Virus record (IMG/VR): IMGVR_UViG_3300000976_000009
Span: 205,151-269,150 of that record
Reading direction: 5' to 3' (one strand)
DNA length: 64,000 bases
Origin: a virus
The translations under genes and the position numbers were made by a program. The notes under the pieces are model-generated. The model saw nothing but the letters and a program-made list of their open reading frames with translations, was not told the DNA's origin and searched no databases. Numbering within the stretch: position 1 is the stretch's first letter; each line of letters begins with the position of its first letter. Below are positions 40,872 to 52,777 of this stretch, piece after piece.

Positions 40872-41348
40872 ATGGCTATAGTAGAAACCGCTGGAATATT
40901 TTTTATCAACAATGACAATATGTTATTAGTTGGACACCCAACTGGACATGAGTATTGGTCAATACCAAAGGGTAAGTTAGAGAAAGGTGAAACCTCATAT
41001 GAGGCAGCATTAAGAGAGACTTGGGAAGAAACTAATGTCAATTTGGAGTTAGTAAATTCCCATTACGAATTGGACTGTATTCGATATAAGCATGGAAAAA
41101 AGAAGCTTAAACCATTTATTATATTTGAGTCTGAAAACCGTAGAATTGACTCTAAAGAATTTAGTTTCAAATGTAATTCATTTGTTAGTAAAGATTCCAA
41201 ATGGAATGCTGGTTTACCAGAAATGGATGATTTTAAATGGGTAAGTCTTGAGGAAGCAAAAAACATATTGCATTATACTCAAGTTCAATGCCTAGAATTT
41301 ATAACACAATTAATACAAGAAAAAGATGGCGAAACGTCACAGAGGTAA
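40872..41348 (+). CDS. Nudix hydrolase
   Basis: PKGKLEKGETSYEAALRETWEET. Confidence 0.9.
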   Translation: MAIVETAGIFFINNDNMLLVGHPTGHEYWSIPKGKLEKGETSYEAALRETWEETNVNLELVNSHYELDCIRYKHGKKKLKPFIIFESENRRIDSKEFSFKCNSFVSKDSKWNAGLPEMDDFKWVSLEEAKNILHYTQVQCLEFITQLIQEKDGETSQR

Positions 41349-41868
41349 AAAACCTATGAGGGTGGTTAAAAAAAATCCTCACCTAATTAACCGAGAAATT
41401 AAAGCACATGATGTTAAACTTGTCCGAGAAGGTCAAGAACCAAAGATTATGTCTTTAAATGAAGCATTAAAAATTGCTGATAGTGAAGAAAAAGATTTGG
41501 TCTTGATGGGACCCAAAGCTACTCCACCAGTTGTTAAGTTAATGGATTACTCTAAATACTTGTATGAATTGAGTAAGAAGAAACCACAACAAAAACCAAA
41601 GCCTATGAAGGAGATTAGGTTCACACCAAATACTGATGATAACGATTTAGAATTTAAGACTAAACATATTATTAATTTTCTTGGTAAAGGACATAAAGTT
41701 AAGGTATTTGTATTCTTTAGAGGTCGTGAAATGGCATTCAAAGATAGGGGTGAAAAACTACTTCTTAAGTTAGCACTTTCATTAGAAGAGTATGCAGTGG
41801 TTGAAAACATGCCAAAAATGGAGGGTAGAAAGATGAACATGTTTTTGAAACCTAAAACAAAAAAATAA
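41326..41868 (+). CDS. infC: translation initiation factor IF-3
   Basis: INREI, PPVVKLMDYSKY, KEIRF, FRGRE. Confidence 0.95.
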   Translation: MAKRHRGKKPMRVVKKNPHLINREIKAHDVKLVREGQEPKIMSLNEALKIADSEEKDLVLMGPKATPPVVKLMDYSKYLYELSKKKPQQKPKPMKEIRFTPNTDDNDLEFKTKHIINFLGKGHKVKVFVFFRGREMAFKDRGEKLLLKLALSLEEYAVVENMPKMEGRKMNMFLKPKTKK

Positions 41869-43306
41869 TATTATGGATTTAATTAATGTTACAACTGTTG
41901 ATTTTTGTGGTAATGGTGATGGTATAACCGCAATTTACCTAAATGGTAAATTGCATAAATATGGTGATTATTATCATAATAAAATTAAAGAAACTGATAA
42001 CCAAGTTAGATTTCAAACTAATAATTCAGTGTATCAATTATCAATCAATGTTTTTTCAGATATTGACTAATTCAAAAATTATACATATACTTGTGTATGT
42101 ATGAATTAGTTATAAAATATCTATCTACACAATATTGGGTGGATTCTTATAGTGATACCGTTTATGACTCACAGGTTAAGGTTTATGGGGAACAATTAAG
42201 GAATGATATTGTTGACATGTTTGATGTTAGTGATGTTATTGCGACAGCTTGTATTGAAATATGGTTATATGATGAATCAGTAACATTTGATACTAATAAA
42301 TTTTGGGAAGATATAATTAATCCTTGGAATATTGGGAATGGTGGTATTAGAGGTTCAATAGATTTAGAATACATGAATAATATCGCAGAATCACAAAGAC
42401 AAATTGGTAGATTGATGGGTGTTTCATCTGAAATGTTCGGTGAATCTTTACAACAACTTGGTGATACAACATCTAGAACTGAATTGGCTCTTAATAATTG
42501 GCGAAATGTTAGTATAAAGTACCCAGTGGAAACAATAAATATTATTCCAACTATACTCCCTTAGTATCATCCAAAAGTATTTATTATCATACCCGACAAG
42601 GTTTAAACAATAAAAATACAATTTAATTAGGATAATCAAAAGTTATATTGTATATTTGCATTAACTTATTAAGATAAATGTTTGACAAATTCAAAACAAG
42701 AAAAGGGAGATTAGAGAATAAAATCAAAACAGAACTGGATAAAGAATTTCCAAAGTATGATAAGATTATATCAGCTATTGACACCTACGAAAAAGATAAT
42801 ACCGATACAATTGAGAAATTGAAAAAGGTAAAAAAAGCTGACATGAATAAAATAAATGGGGCTTTAAAACAAACGATTCATGCACATGGACCAATAACTA
42901 AACAGCTAATTGGTTCAGCTGGTAAAAGAATTTATGGTTCATTAATATTGAATCCAAACCAATTAGAAAAGAAAAAAGTGAAAGTTTCAGTTAGAGATGT
43001 ATGTTTAGGGTTTCTTATTGGAGTTATTTTTATAATAATCACACAAATTATTTAGATATATGGGAAAAAAATCTATATTATTAATTTCAGTTGGAGTATT
43101 AAATTTCATACATGGTTTAACACATATCATCCAATTCATCCAATCGGTTGTTTTGGTTAGTTCATCATTACATGAACATTGTGATGATGATTCTTGGTTT
43201 AATGAATTAATGCATAATCCAATTATTGCAATTATATGGGCATTAATTGGTATATTAACATTAATAATTGGTATAAAGGATTATAAACACCATAAAAAAA
43301 AGAATA

Positions 43307-43654
43307 ATGGAAAAAGATAAAATTAATTTCAAAGAATTTCTTGAAATTGCAAATAAATTGGAAATTAAAGTTGGTATGGTTGTCGCAGCTAAGCGTGTAC
43401 CAAAAAAAGATAAGTTATTAGAACTTAGAGTTGCTTTTGGATATGGTTCAGACAGTAATGTCAGTTGTGTCACGAATCTTGGTGAAATACATGAGCCAGA
43501 GGATTTTGTTGGTAATAAATTACCTTTTATAATGAACTTAGAGCCAGCTAAAATGGGCGGTGTATTAAGTGAAGTTATGCTAATGGTTAGTGACTTAAAT
43601 GGTGGTATTGATATTAATATGGCTGATTTCTCAGTTGGTGGTAAATTAATGTAA
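43307..43654 (+). CDS. tRNA-binding OB domain (Trbp111/CsaA-like)
   Basis: LEIKVG, DKLL, NLEPAKMGGVLSEVML. Confidence 0.85.
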   Translation: MEKDKINFKEFLEIANKLEIKVGMVVAAKRVPKKDKLLELRVAFGYGSDSNVSCVTNLGEIHEPEDFVGNKLPFIMNLEPAKMGGVLSEVMLMVSDLNGGIDINMADFSVGGKLM

Positions 43655-43864
43655 TATGAATTCAACATTAACTAATTTCGCACGAAATACATTGAAAGAA
43701 GATTTGAGTCAATGTACTGATAGTCAACTATTATTATTCAAAAGAATGTATTCATCGCAAGATTTAACTAAAGAGATTAATTTAGTTATTGATGATATGA
43801 GTGATGGTGATTTAGATTGGGCTATGGTACAAGTTAAAAATACATTAGAAAAAAATAAAAAATT

Positions 43865-44401
43865 ATGAAAAAGACAAAACTAAAAATATGGGATTTTGAT
43901 GGTACACTATGTGATACCCCATTACCAGAGGTTGGTAAACCAATTTGGAAAGAAGCAACAGGTAAAGAGTGGGAACATGTCGGATGGTGGTCAAAAGCTG
44001 AGTCTTTGAATTTAGAAATTTTTGAACACCCAACACTACCAAGTGTAATGACTGATTTTGATAAATACAAAGATGCCGAAGATTGCATGAATGTAATGTT
44101 AACTGGTCGTAGAGCTAAGAAACCTTTGGAGGATGCAGTTAAGGCGATTCTTGATTCTCACGGATTGAAATTCGATATGTACTTCCATAATAACGGTGGT
44201 GAGACTGGTGAGAATAAAATGTATAGAATTGAGAAGTTGTTGAAACAATTCCCAGAACTTGATTCAGTTGAAATGTGGGATGACAGGACTTTACATATTC
44301 CAAGATTCCAAGAATGGGGAGATAAGTTGGTTGAAGAAGGTAGGATAAAGGAATTCAAAATTAACCACGTCATTGGTGATAACCATGCGTTAACTCCATA
44401 G
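43865..44401 (+). CDS. HAD domain protein (Swiss-Army-knife RNA repair-like)
   Basis: DFDGTL, LTGR, MWDDR. Confidence 0.8.
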   Translation: MKKTKLKIWDFDGTLCDTPLPEVGKPIWKEATGKEWEHVGWWSKAESLNLEIFEHPTLPSVMTDFDKYKDAEDCMNVMLTGRRAKKPLEDAVKAILDSHGLKFDMYFHNNGGETGENKMYRIEKLLKQFPELDSVEMWDDRTLHIPRFQEWGDKLVEEGRIKEFKINHVIGDNHALTP

Positions 44402-45010
44402 GTCTCTTTTTATATCTCTATTAACCTTACTACATAATGGTTGTAAGTTAGTGAAGTGGTTCAATTGAATCGCTTCATTTTCATTTACAGCAGATGATGA
44501 AGGTTTAATATGGTCTATATCCCATCCGTAACCATACTCTCCATTATACTTACCATAATTATCCCACGTCATCCAATCTTCCCATTGGGATTCGATATAT
44601 TGTTTGAATTCTATAAATGAACACCCAAGTATATCATAAGTTCTAGACCTTTTGGTATAACCATTCCTTTTGATTGATTGTCTAATTAAACAACCAATAT
44701 GGTGTTTAAGTTTATACAGTGGGTCTTCACCTATTCTTTTTTTAACATAGTCTGCTTTAGCTTTTTTCACCTTATCTGGGTTAACCTTAGCCCAAGCTTT
44801 TTTTATCTTATTAACTTTATCTTTATTAGCCTCAGCGTATTTTTTATCACTAATCTTTTTACCTTCTTTATTTCTTTCACGACTAGCCTTAACTTTTTCT
44901 GGATTTGCTTTAGCCCAAGCTTTTTGTTGTTGTTTTCTTTTCTCTTTATTGTTTTTACGATATTCAATATCATACAATCTTTTAGCTTCTTTTTTTTCTT
45001 CTGATGTCAT
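44390..45010 (-). mobile_element. HNH-type homing endonuclease
   Basis: basic repeats followed by LGCS, WDIDHIKP, HFTNLQPL. Confidence 0.8.
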
Positions 45011-45116
45011 AAGTTTATTTTATTATAAATATCAGTAATTTATGAAAAGGATGACCGATATGAACACTTTATGGGGATTATTTGCAAAGTTAAATAATTT
45101 TATGTATCTTTGTTAC

Positions 45117-45650
45117 ATGAAAGATATTAAAGATAAAATTTTAGATAAGGGATATACATTAGTTTATGAAAATTAGTTTGGTTCTTCATTTGTTAATGAA
45201 GAAGTTAAGATGTGTGTTATATTCTTAAATAAGTATGATGAAAAATTAACATATAGTAATTCTGAATTAAGGAAACCTTTAGAAGAAAAGTATAACTTTG
45301 CAACCAAAGGAACTATATGTGTTTTTAATATATATGATGGTGATTTAGATGAACTTGAGCGTGATGAATACCATGCGATTAAAATACACTCAAATAAGTT
45401 AGATATATTACCTAGTAAGCTTAATAAACAATTAACAATTACTTTTAAACCAACAATTGAGGGTGGTGACAAAGGTGATTATGTTATAAATCCATTTGTC
45501 AAAATGGATGGGAAAGCTAATATTAGTTTTTATGAATTTTTGTCAACTGTTGACAAAAATTCTGTGGTGAATTACCCTATGATTATAGATGGTATGTATT
45601 TGTCTTGGTTTAGGTATGTTTCTAATAAAATATATAATGTAGAATTATGA
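45117..45650 (+). pseudogene. hypothetical gene with an in-frame TAG (45174-45176)
   Basis: promoter-linked ATG at 45117 is in frame with ORF 45210..45650. Confidence 0.5.
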
Positions 45651-47773
45651 GTGATTATAAACATAACAAAGTTGTTAGGTTACCATTCCCTAAAGAAATT
45701 CTTGAAAAATGTAATACATCTGATGCATATGAATGTGAATTATATTTAAGAGAGTTATTGGGTGAATTATGGGATAATAATGATAAAAATAGTTTTAAAT
45801 TAGATTGTTCTGATAAAAGAGCTTATATTGATTGGGTTTATTATTCAACATATGGTGAAGAATCTGGAGATTGGGGTAATGCACGTTTATTGACACAAAA
45901 AGAACTTGACACTATTAAACCATTTTTTAATAAAATTGGTATACCATATGGTGATACTGACTTAAGGGTTGTCGATTTTTGTTACTATAATGCTTGTGAG
46001 CCACCAGATTATTATGATATTGTTAATGAAGATACTGACCATTCTGGCTTATTTATAAATTAAAATAATAAATAATGAAAAGAACTAAATGTCAAAAGCT
46101 AAAGATTATGAAATTTCCTTATTATGAATTTAATAAGGAAGGAGATATCACATATTATGAAAATGATAAAAATATTTGGTATAAGTTTTTTTATAATATA
46201 GATAATCAAATGACCCATAGAAAAACATCTTTTGGTTTCACAAAAAAATGGTTTTATAATTCTGATGGTAAATTCATCAAATATGAAGATAATTATGGGA
46301 ATTATTATGAAAATACAAATAAAATGATTCCTTTTTTTATTAATAATCCCCATAATTTTCATGGGTGGGATAAGATAGGTTATGATATAAATAGAAATAG
46401 AATTATTAAAGTTGACCCATTTAATAATTCTATTCAAAAACATTACCATTATAATGGTTGGTCTTCTATTGAAAAGTATAATAACAAAAAGTTAGTTATT
46501 AAAGAAAATACAAATGGTTATTGGGAAATCACTAATTATGATGATAATATGAATTTAATTAAATATTTGTGTTCAGATGGGAATTGGTGGGATATTAATT
46601 ATTTTTCAAACAATATTTGTCCATTTATTTGAAAAATAATAATGTATTTAGATAATAAATACATTATTATTTCCTATCTTTGTAGTATGAAAAATAATAA
46701 TTGTCCAGAATGTAATTATCATAGCGATGCTGCTACAGCATTAGATGGAGACTATAAACCCTCAGATGGAGACATATCACTTTGTTTCAATTGTGGTGCT
46801 ATTAATCAATTTGATAGTGAACTTAATATTATACCATTACCAGATATTGTATTGGCTAGTATTAAAGAGCATGAACCAGAAACACACGAACAATTAATGG
46901 ATGCGGTTATATCGATTAAGGCAAATAACATGAGATTGAATTAAGAATGAATGAAGTTAGTTGATGAAGGATTAAAAGATATTTTTGATAAAGCAAATAT
47001 AACTGATGTAATCAAAGCATATGGTTATCTTAGGAATAGTGGGTGTTATTCTCGTGCGGCATCAATGAGTAATGCGTTATATTATTTTGACAAGGAAACG
47101 TTAAATGAATATGACCTAATAATAAGGCGAGAATATAGAGATGAATCAGTATGTTTAGAATTCTATAAATTAGTTGGTGAACCACATATTCATGACTATA
47201 TTTCATATTGTTTAACACACAAGAATAATGATGTGCATGAAGATGCATATGAATTGGTTGTTGAATTTGAAGAAGCTTCTCAGTTAGATTCACAATATTT
47301 GATACAAGGCTTTAAAGGGATTCATATTAATAAAATAGAAGAATCTAATAAACATCAAATTATTGATGGGGTTATTCATGATGGGGTTATTCATGATGGG
47401 GATGATGATATGCTTAGACCAGCACAAGGGGAAATGCTAATGGCAGAACCCATAGCATTTGGTGATGATAATGCATTTGGTAATATAGCCCCAAATGATG
47501 GTGTAGTTGAAGAAGATGGTGTTTATGAAGCTGATGGAACTCGTATTGGTAATGTATATGTACCAGAACCAGATAATAGACCATATAGTGGACCAGATAA
47601 TATGACTATTGAAGAATTGACGAGGATGATTCAGCGTAATGCTAGGCAAATGGAAAGATATGAGGGTGATTTAGGTGATGATGATATGACTGTTCGTTTA
47701 GCTAGACGTAGGAGAGATGAATTAATGGAAAACATTGATAGGGTTAGGAGGATATTAGAAAATAGATAAAAGT

Positions 47774-49705
47774 ATGATTAAAATAAAAGATATATTAGAA
47801 GGTAAACTAAGCATGAATGCCAGCGGTTCTGGTTACCTTACTTCGAATGATTTGCCGAAAGACATTTACATTCACAAAAAAAATATGAACAAAGCATTAC
47901 ATCTTGATAATATTAAAATTGAGGTGATTGAAGGTAAAGGTAGACCACTTGAAGGTAAAGTAGTCGATATTATTGAGAGATTCAAAGATACATTTGTTGG
48001 TACATTACAAGTTTCAGATAGATATGCTTTTTTAGTCCCAGATAGTAACAAAATGCCAGTTGATATTTTCATCCCACTTAACCAACTTAAAGGTGGGACT
48101 GATGGTCAAAAAGCTGTTGGGAGAATAACTAATTGGAAAGATGATGCTAAATCACCTAATGGTGTGATAGATGAGGTTCTAGGTAATGCTGGTGAGAATG
48201 AAGCAGAAATTCACTCAATACTACATGAATATGATTTACCATATAATTTTGATGAAGATGTTGAGGCGGAAGCAAATGCAATCCCAATTGAAATTCCAGA
48301 GTCTGAAATTATTAAGCGTAGAGATATGCGTAATATTCTAACATTTACGATTGACCCATTAACTGCTAAAGATTTCGATGATGCACTTTCTGTAGAATGG
48401 GTAAATGGTAAAATGGTTGTTGGTATCCATATTGCAGATGTAAGTCACTATGTTAGACCAGATACAGATTTGGATAAAGAAGCATATAAGAGAGGAACCT
48501 CAGTTTATTTAGTAGATAGAGTTGTACCGATGCTTCCAGAGAGATTATCTAATGGTTTATGTAGTCTGAGACCACATGAAGATAAATTATGTTTCTCAGC
48601 GGTATTCACATTAGACCATAATGGTCATGTTATTGATGAATGGTTTGGTAAGACTGTTATTCATTCTGATATGAGGTTCACTTATGAGGAAGCTCAAGAA
48701 GTAATTGAAAATGGTTGTGTGGAAAGTTGGGATATGGGTAATTTACAAACTATGGGTCAAAATTTAATTGATGCAGTACTTGCACTTGATAAGACAGCAA
48801 AGAGAATGCGTAAGAAGAGATTCACTAGAGGGTCAATTTCATTTGACAAACGTGAGGTTTCTTTTAAATTAGATGAAAACAATAACCCAATAGGTATTAA
48901 TTTTAAGGTCTCAAAGGATTCTAATAAATTAATTGAGGAATATATGTTACTTGCTAATAGACGTGTTGCACAATTTCTTAAGTCTAAAGGTCCATGTGTG
49001 AATAGAGCACATGATGAACCAGACCCAGCCAAGTTAGAGAATCTAAAAGTGTTTTTAGAACCATTGGGGTATAAAATTAAAACTGGTAATCCAGTTGAAA
49101 TTACTAATACATTAAACCAATTATTGTTAGATGTTAAAGGTACACCAGAAGAAAATATGGTTAGTAGTTTAGTTGTTAGAACAATGATGAAAGCTGTCTA
49201 TACTACTGACAATGTTGGTCATTATGGTTTAGGTTTTGACCATTACTCACATTTTACAAGTCCGATTAGAAGATACCCAGATGTGATTATTCACAGAATG
49301 CTTGGTAGATACTTAGAGGACAAGACTGTTACTAATAAGACTAAGTTAGAGGGTAGGTGTGTTCACTTATCTGAAAGGGAGAGGAAAGCACAGAAAGCTT
49401 CTAGGGATTCCGTTAAGTACATGCAATGTAAGTACATGATTGATAAAATCGGTAAGATTTATAAAGGTGTTGTCGGTTCAATAACTGATTATGGGATGTT
49501 TGTAGAGATGCCAGAGGTTGGTTGTGAAGGGATGGTTAGGATTTCAGAGATAGGTGGTGACACTTATGTAGCTGATACTCAAAACCATTGTATAAAAGGG
49601 TATAACACTGGTGATGTTGTCAGAATGGGAGATGAAGTTAATATTATTGTGAAAGCAGTTGATGTTGAAAGAAAGACTATTGATTTAATGATTGTAAGAT
49701 TGTAA
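47774..49705 (+). CDS. rnr: ribonuclease R
   Basis: TIDPLTAKDFDDALS, HIADVSHYV, HFTSPIRRYPD, C-terminal S1 domain. Confidence 0.96.
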   Translation: MIKIKDILEGKLSMNASGSGYLTSNDLPKDIYIHKKNMNKALHLDNIKIEVIEGKGRPLEGKVVDIIERFKDTFVGTLQVSDRYAFLVPDSNKMPVDIFIPLNQLKGGTDGQKAVGRITNWKDDAKSPNGVIDEVLGNAGENEAEIHSILHEYDLPYNFDEDVEAEANAIPIEIPESEIIKRRDMRNILTFTIDPLTAKDFDDALSVEWVNGKMVVGIHIADVSHYVRPDTDLDKEAYKRGTSVYLVDRVVPMLPERLSNGLCSLRPHEDKLCFSAVFTLDHNGHVIDEWFGKTVIHSDMRFTYEEAQEVIENGCVESWDMGNLQTMGQNLIDAVLALDKTAKRMRKKRFTRGSISFDKREVSFKLDENNNPIGINFKVSKDSNKLIEEYMLLANRRVAQFLKSKGPCVNRAHDEPDPAKLENLKVFLEPLGYKIKTGNPVEITNTLNQLLLDVKGTPEENMVSSLVVRTMMKAVYTTDNVGHYGLGFDHYSHFTSPIRRYPDVIIHRMLGRYLEDKTVTNKTKLEGRCVHLSERERKAQKASRDSVKYMQCKYMIDKIGKIYKGVVGSITDYGMFVEMPEVGCEGMVRISEIGGDTYVADTQNHCIKGYNTGDVVRMGDEVNIIVKAVDVERKTIDLMIVRL

Positions 49706-50005
49706 TGAAATATCAAGAGCGTGATACTGTTTGTATAATTCGTAGAAATTTTTTTGAAGATGCACCAATTAATGGTATGCGTGGGTTTATAGACCATGTG
49801 CATGGAGATGGTTATTATACATTTGTTGCACTTACAGAAAGAGATGGTATAATTAAAGGTCGTAAAGTTGGTGAAGGTGGTTGTCATGAGAAATATCTTA
49901 AACCAGATAATGGTGAGGATTTAATTGATGCTATGAATACTCTACTATATGAACGTGAGTTACAATATAATAAATTAATGGGTGGATATTACCTAAGAAA
50001 GATAA

Positions 50006-50782
50006 TTGAAGAAGATGACTAAAGGATTTACAGTAATAGGGGACACACATGGTAATCACAAGTTGATTGCACATCGTATTAAATCACTAAAATTGGAGAA
50101 TGAAATACTTTTGCATGTTGGTGATTTTGGTGTTGGATTTGCTAAAAGTGAACATGAAGATATTGAGAAAATGGCTTATTTGAATAAGACTTTAAAGAAA
50201 TTCAATAGTCATTGTTATGTTATACGTGGTAATCACGATAACCCAACATTCTTTCAAGGTAATCACAATTATTCTAATCTTCACCTAATCCCAGACTACT
50301 CAGTAATAGAGGTTAATGGTGAAAAGGTATTAATGGTTGGTGGTGCAATTAGTGTTGACAGACAACCACGTAAAGACGATATGCGTAAATGGGCAATAAA
50401 GGGTAGTGACTATGCAACTTATTGGTACGATGAGGGATTCGTATTAGATAAAGAGAAGCTTGAAGCTATGACTAATATTGATTATGTTATAACACATAGT
50501 TCACCTAAATTTGTATTCCCAATAAATGATTTTTCTAATATTGTTGATAGTCATGGACCATTTGTCCAACGTTTTGCTTGGAATGATTATAGTCTTAAAG
50601 ATGATTTAAATAAAGAACGAATTGAACTTGCAGAGATGTATGACATTTTAATTAAGAATAATTCAATTAAGAAATGGTTTTATGGTCATTTCCATACTAG
50701 TAAAGAAGAATTGGTCGGTGAAACTAATTTTGTATTATTAAATTGTGATGAATTTTACAATGTAATTCAAAAAACAACTTAA
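50006..50782 (+). CDS. metallophosphoesterase
   Basis: GDTHG, GDFG, RGNHD, GGAISVD, GHFH. Confidence 0.9.
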   Translation: MKKMTKGFTVIGDTHGNHKLIAHRIKSLKLENEILLHVGDFGVGFAKSEHEDIEKMAYLNKTLKKFNSHCYVIRGNHDNPTFFQGNHNYSNLHLIPDYSVIEVNGEKVLMVGGAISVDRQPRKDDMRKWAIKGSDYATYWYDEGFVLDKEKLEAMTNIDYVITHSSPKFVFPINDFSNIVDSHGPFVQRFAWNDYSLKDDLNKERIELAEMYDILIKNNSIKKWFYGHFHTSKEELVGETNFVLLNCDEFYNVIQKTT

Positions 50783-51407
50783 GATGAATAATTTAACATT
50801 AATACGTAGGTATATAAGCCAAAATTATGAACTATATGTTGACAATAGTGTTAAGATATTGGATAAGTTTACAGGTGGTAATATAAGAATTAACCATTTA
50901 GTCGATGAAACAAATCAAATCTTTGATTTTGATTGTACAAAAATTTGTAATAAATGGTATGACACATGTTTTAATCGGGAAACTAAAGATATACAAAATT
51001 ATTTATCAAACTATAGAGTTAGACTAGGTAGTCGTAATTGGGAGACGTTAGATAAAGATAATAATTTCTTTGAAATTAGAGAAATGGTTAAACATTTTTC
51101 TGATAAATACCACGAAAAATTTATTAGGGAAACCCATAATAATTGGTATCTAAAAAAAATTCAGAAAGAAGTTGAAAAAATAATTAAAATTAATGATTTA
51201 TATTAGAATATTTCAAATATTTTTATTATATTTGTAATGTAACAACCAAGCTATGTTTAAAGGAAATAAATTAACTATATTATTATTGATTATCATGGTG
51301 ATAATTTTCGGATTCTTTTTTTGGAAGATGTTTTTAGGACTAATATTATTTGTTACAATATTATTTTTAGGATATAAAGTAATTTCCAATCGTAAAAAAA
51401 GATAATA

Positions 51408-51851
51408 ATGAAATTATTACAAAAAAATCGTAAAGCACTATATGAGTATGCACCTATAGATAAGTACATAGCTGGTATTAAATTATTGGGGTCTGAAATT
51501 AAATCTATCCGAGAGGGTGATGTTAATATTAAGGCTGCACATTGTATCTTTAAAGATGGTGAATTATTTATTAAAGGTATGCATATAGCTGAATACAAGC
51601 AAAGTGGTATCCACCAGAACCATGACCCATTAAGAGAACGCAAATTACTCCTTCATAAAAAGGAACTAGAAAAGCTCTTTAAAGGTGTGAGTACTAAAGG
51701 TGTAACCATAGTTCCGATTGCCCTACTATTGTCCAAGGGTGGTTATGTTAAGTTAGAAATAGCATTAGCCAAGGGAAAAAAACTTCATGATAAAAGAGAG
51801 GATATTAAGAAGAAGGACATTGAGCGAGAAACGCAAAGAAAATTTAAGTAA
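51408..51851 (+). CDS. smpB: SsrA-binding protein SmpB
   Basis: NRKA, AGIKLLGSEIKSIR, RKLLLHKKE, AKGKKLHDKR. Confidence 0.96.
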   Translation: MKLLQKNRKALYEYAPIDKYIAGIKLLGSEIKSIREGDVNIKAAHCIFKDGELFIKGMHIAEYKQSGIHQNHDPLRERKLLLHKKELEKLFKGVSTKGVTIVPIALLLSKGGYVKLEIALAKGKKLHDKREDIKKKDIERETQRKFK

Positions 51852-51880
51852 TAACCCATAAAAACCATAAAACTATATAT

Positions 51881-52777
51881 ATGAGTATGAGACCATTGGT
51901 TATCACTGAGAGGATAACAAAGAGAGAGACCGAATCTTTTAAGAAATATCTACAAGAGGTAGACAGCATTCCAAGAATCTCACCAGATGAGGAATTTGAG
52001 ATATCAATAAAAGCACACGGTGGTGATGAGGAAGCACGTAATGAATTAGTTAGAGCGAATCTAAGATTTGTTATTAGTGTTGCAAAACAATATGCAAATA
52101 ACAAGGTTAGTCTTGAAGACCTTGTGAATGAAGGTAATGTTGGACTAATTGAAGCTTCTAAAAGATTCGACCCATCAACTGGATTTAAGTTTATATCATA
52201 TGCAGTATGGTGGATTAGACGTTGTATTATGGAATTCTTAACAAAGTGTTCTAGAACAATCAGAATCCCAAGTAATCAAGCTGCTAATATAACTAAGTTA
52301 ACCGATATTATTGGTGAATTAGAGCAGAGCTTAGAACGTAAGGCTACTCATGATGAAATCATGTCTTATCAAGCAATCATTGATGGTGCTTTTAGTGAGA
52401 AAGATATTAAGTTTTTTACTAATATTTCAGTCACAAATACTGCATCATTAGATAAGCCATTTGGTGATGATAGTGATGCGAGCACATTAATGGAAACTAT
52501 TGAATCAAATATGTTTGAGGCTACAGATGAAAAGGTGAATAGAGAAGGTGATAAGCTTAATGCAGACATCCTAATCAATTTACTTTCAAAACCAATGCAA
52601 AGACATGTAATCACTAGATTGTTCGGATTAGATGGTGATGAAACACAAGATTTGAGACAAATTGCTGATGACCTTAGTATATCTCGTGAGAGGGCTAGGC
52701 AAATCAAAGATACGGCACTTAGAATTCTAAAAGAGAAAAGTAGCCGTAATCAACTTAAATGGATGTTAACAAAATGA
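51881..52777 (+). CDS. sigma70-family RNA polymerase sigma factor (RpoD/SigA-like, Bacteroidota type)
   Basis: ANLRFVISVAKQY, GFKFISYAVWWIR, SRERARQI. Confidence 0.95.
   Translation: MSMRPLVITERITKRETESFKKYLQEVDSIPRISPDEEFEISIKAHGGDEEARNELVRANLRFVISVAKQYANNKVSLEDLVNEGNVGLIEASKRFDPSTGFKFISYAVWWIRRCIMEFLTKCSRTIRIPSNQAANITKLTDIIGELEQSLERKATHDEIMSYQAIIDGAFSEKDIKFFTNISVTNTASLDKPFGDDSDASTLMETIESNMFEATDEKVNREGDKLNADILINLLSKPMQRHVITRLFGLDGDETQDLRQIADDLSISRERARQIKDTALRILKEKSSRNQLKWMLTK

Noticed and set aside
47364-47401. 15-nt tandem repeat encoding DGVIH twice
   Set aside because: In-frame micro-duplication in a low-complexity acidic region; no sign of a system
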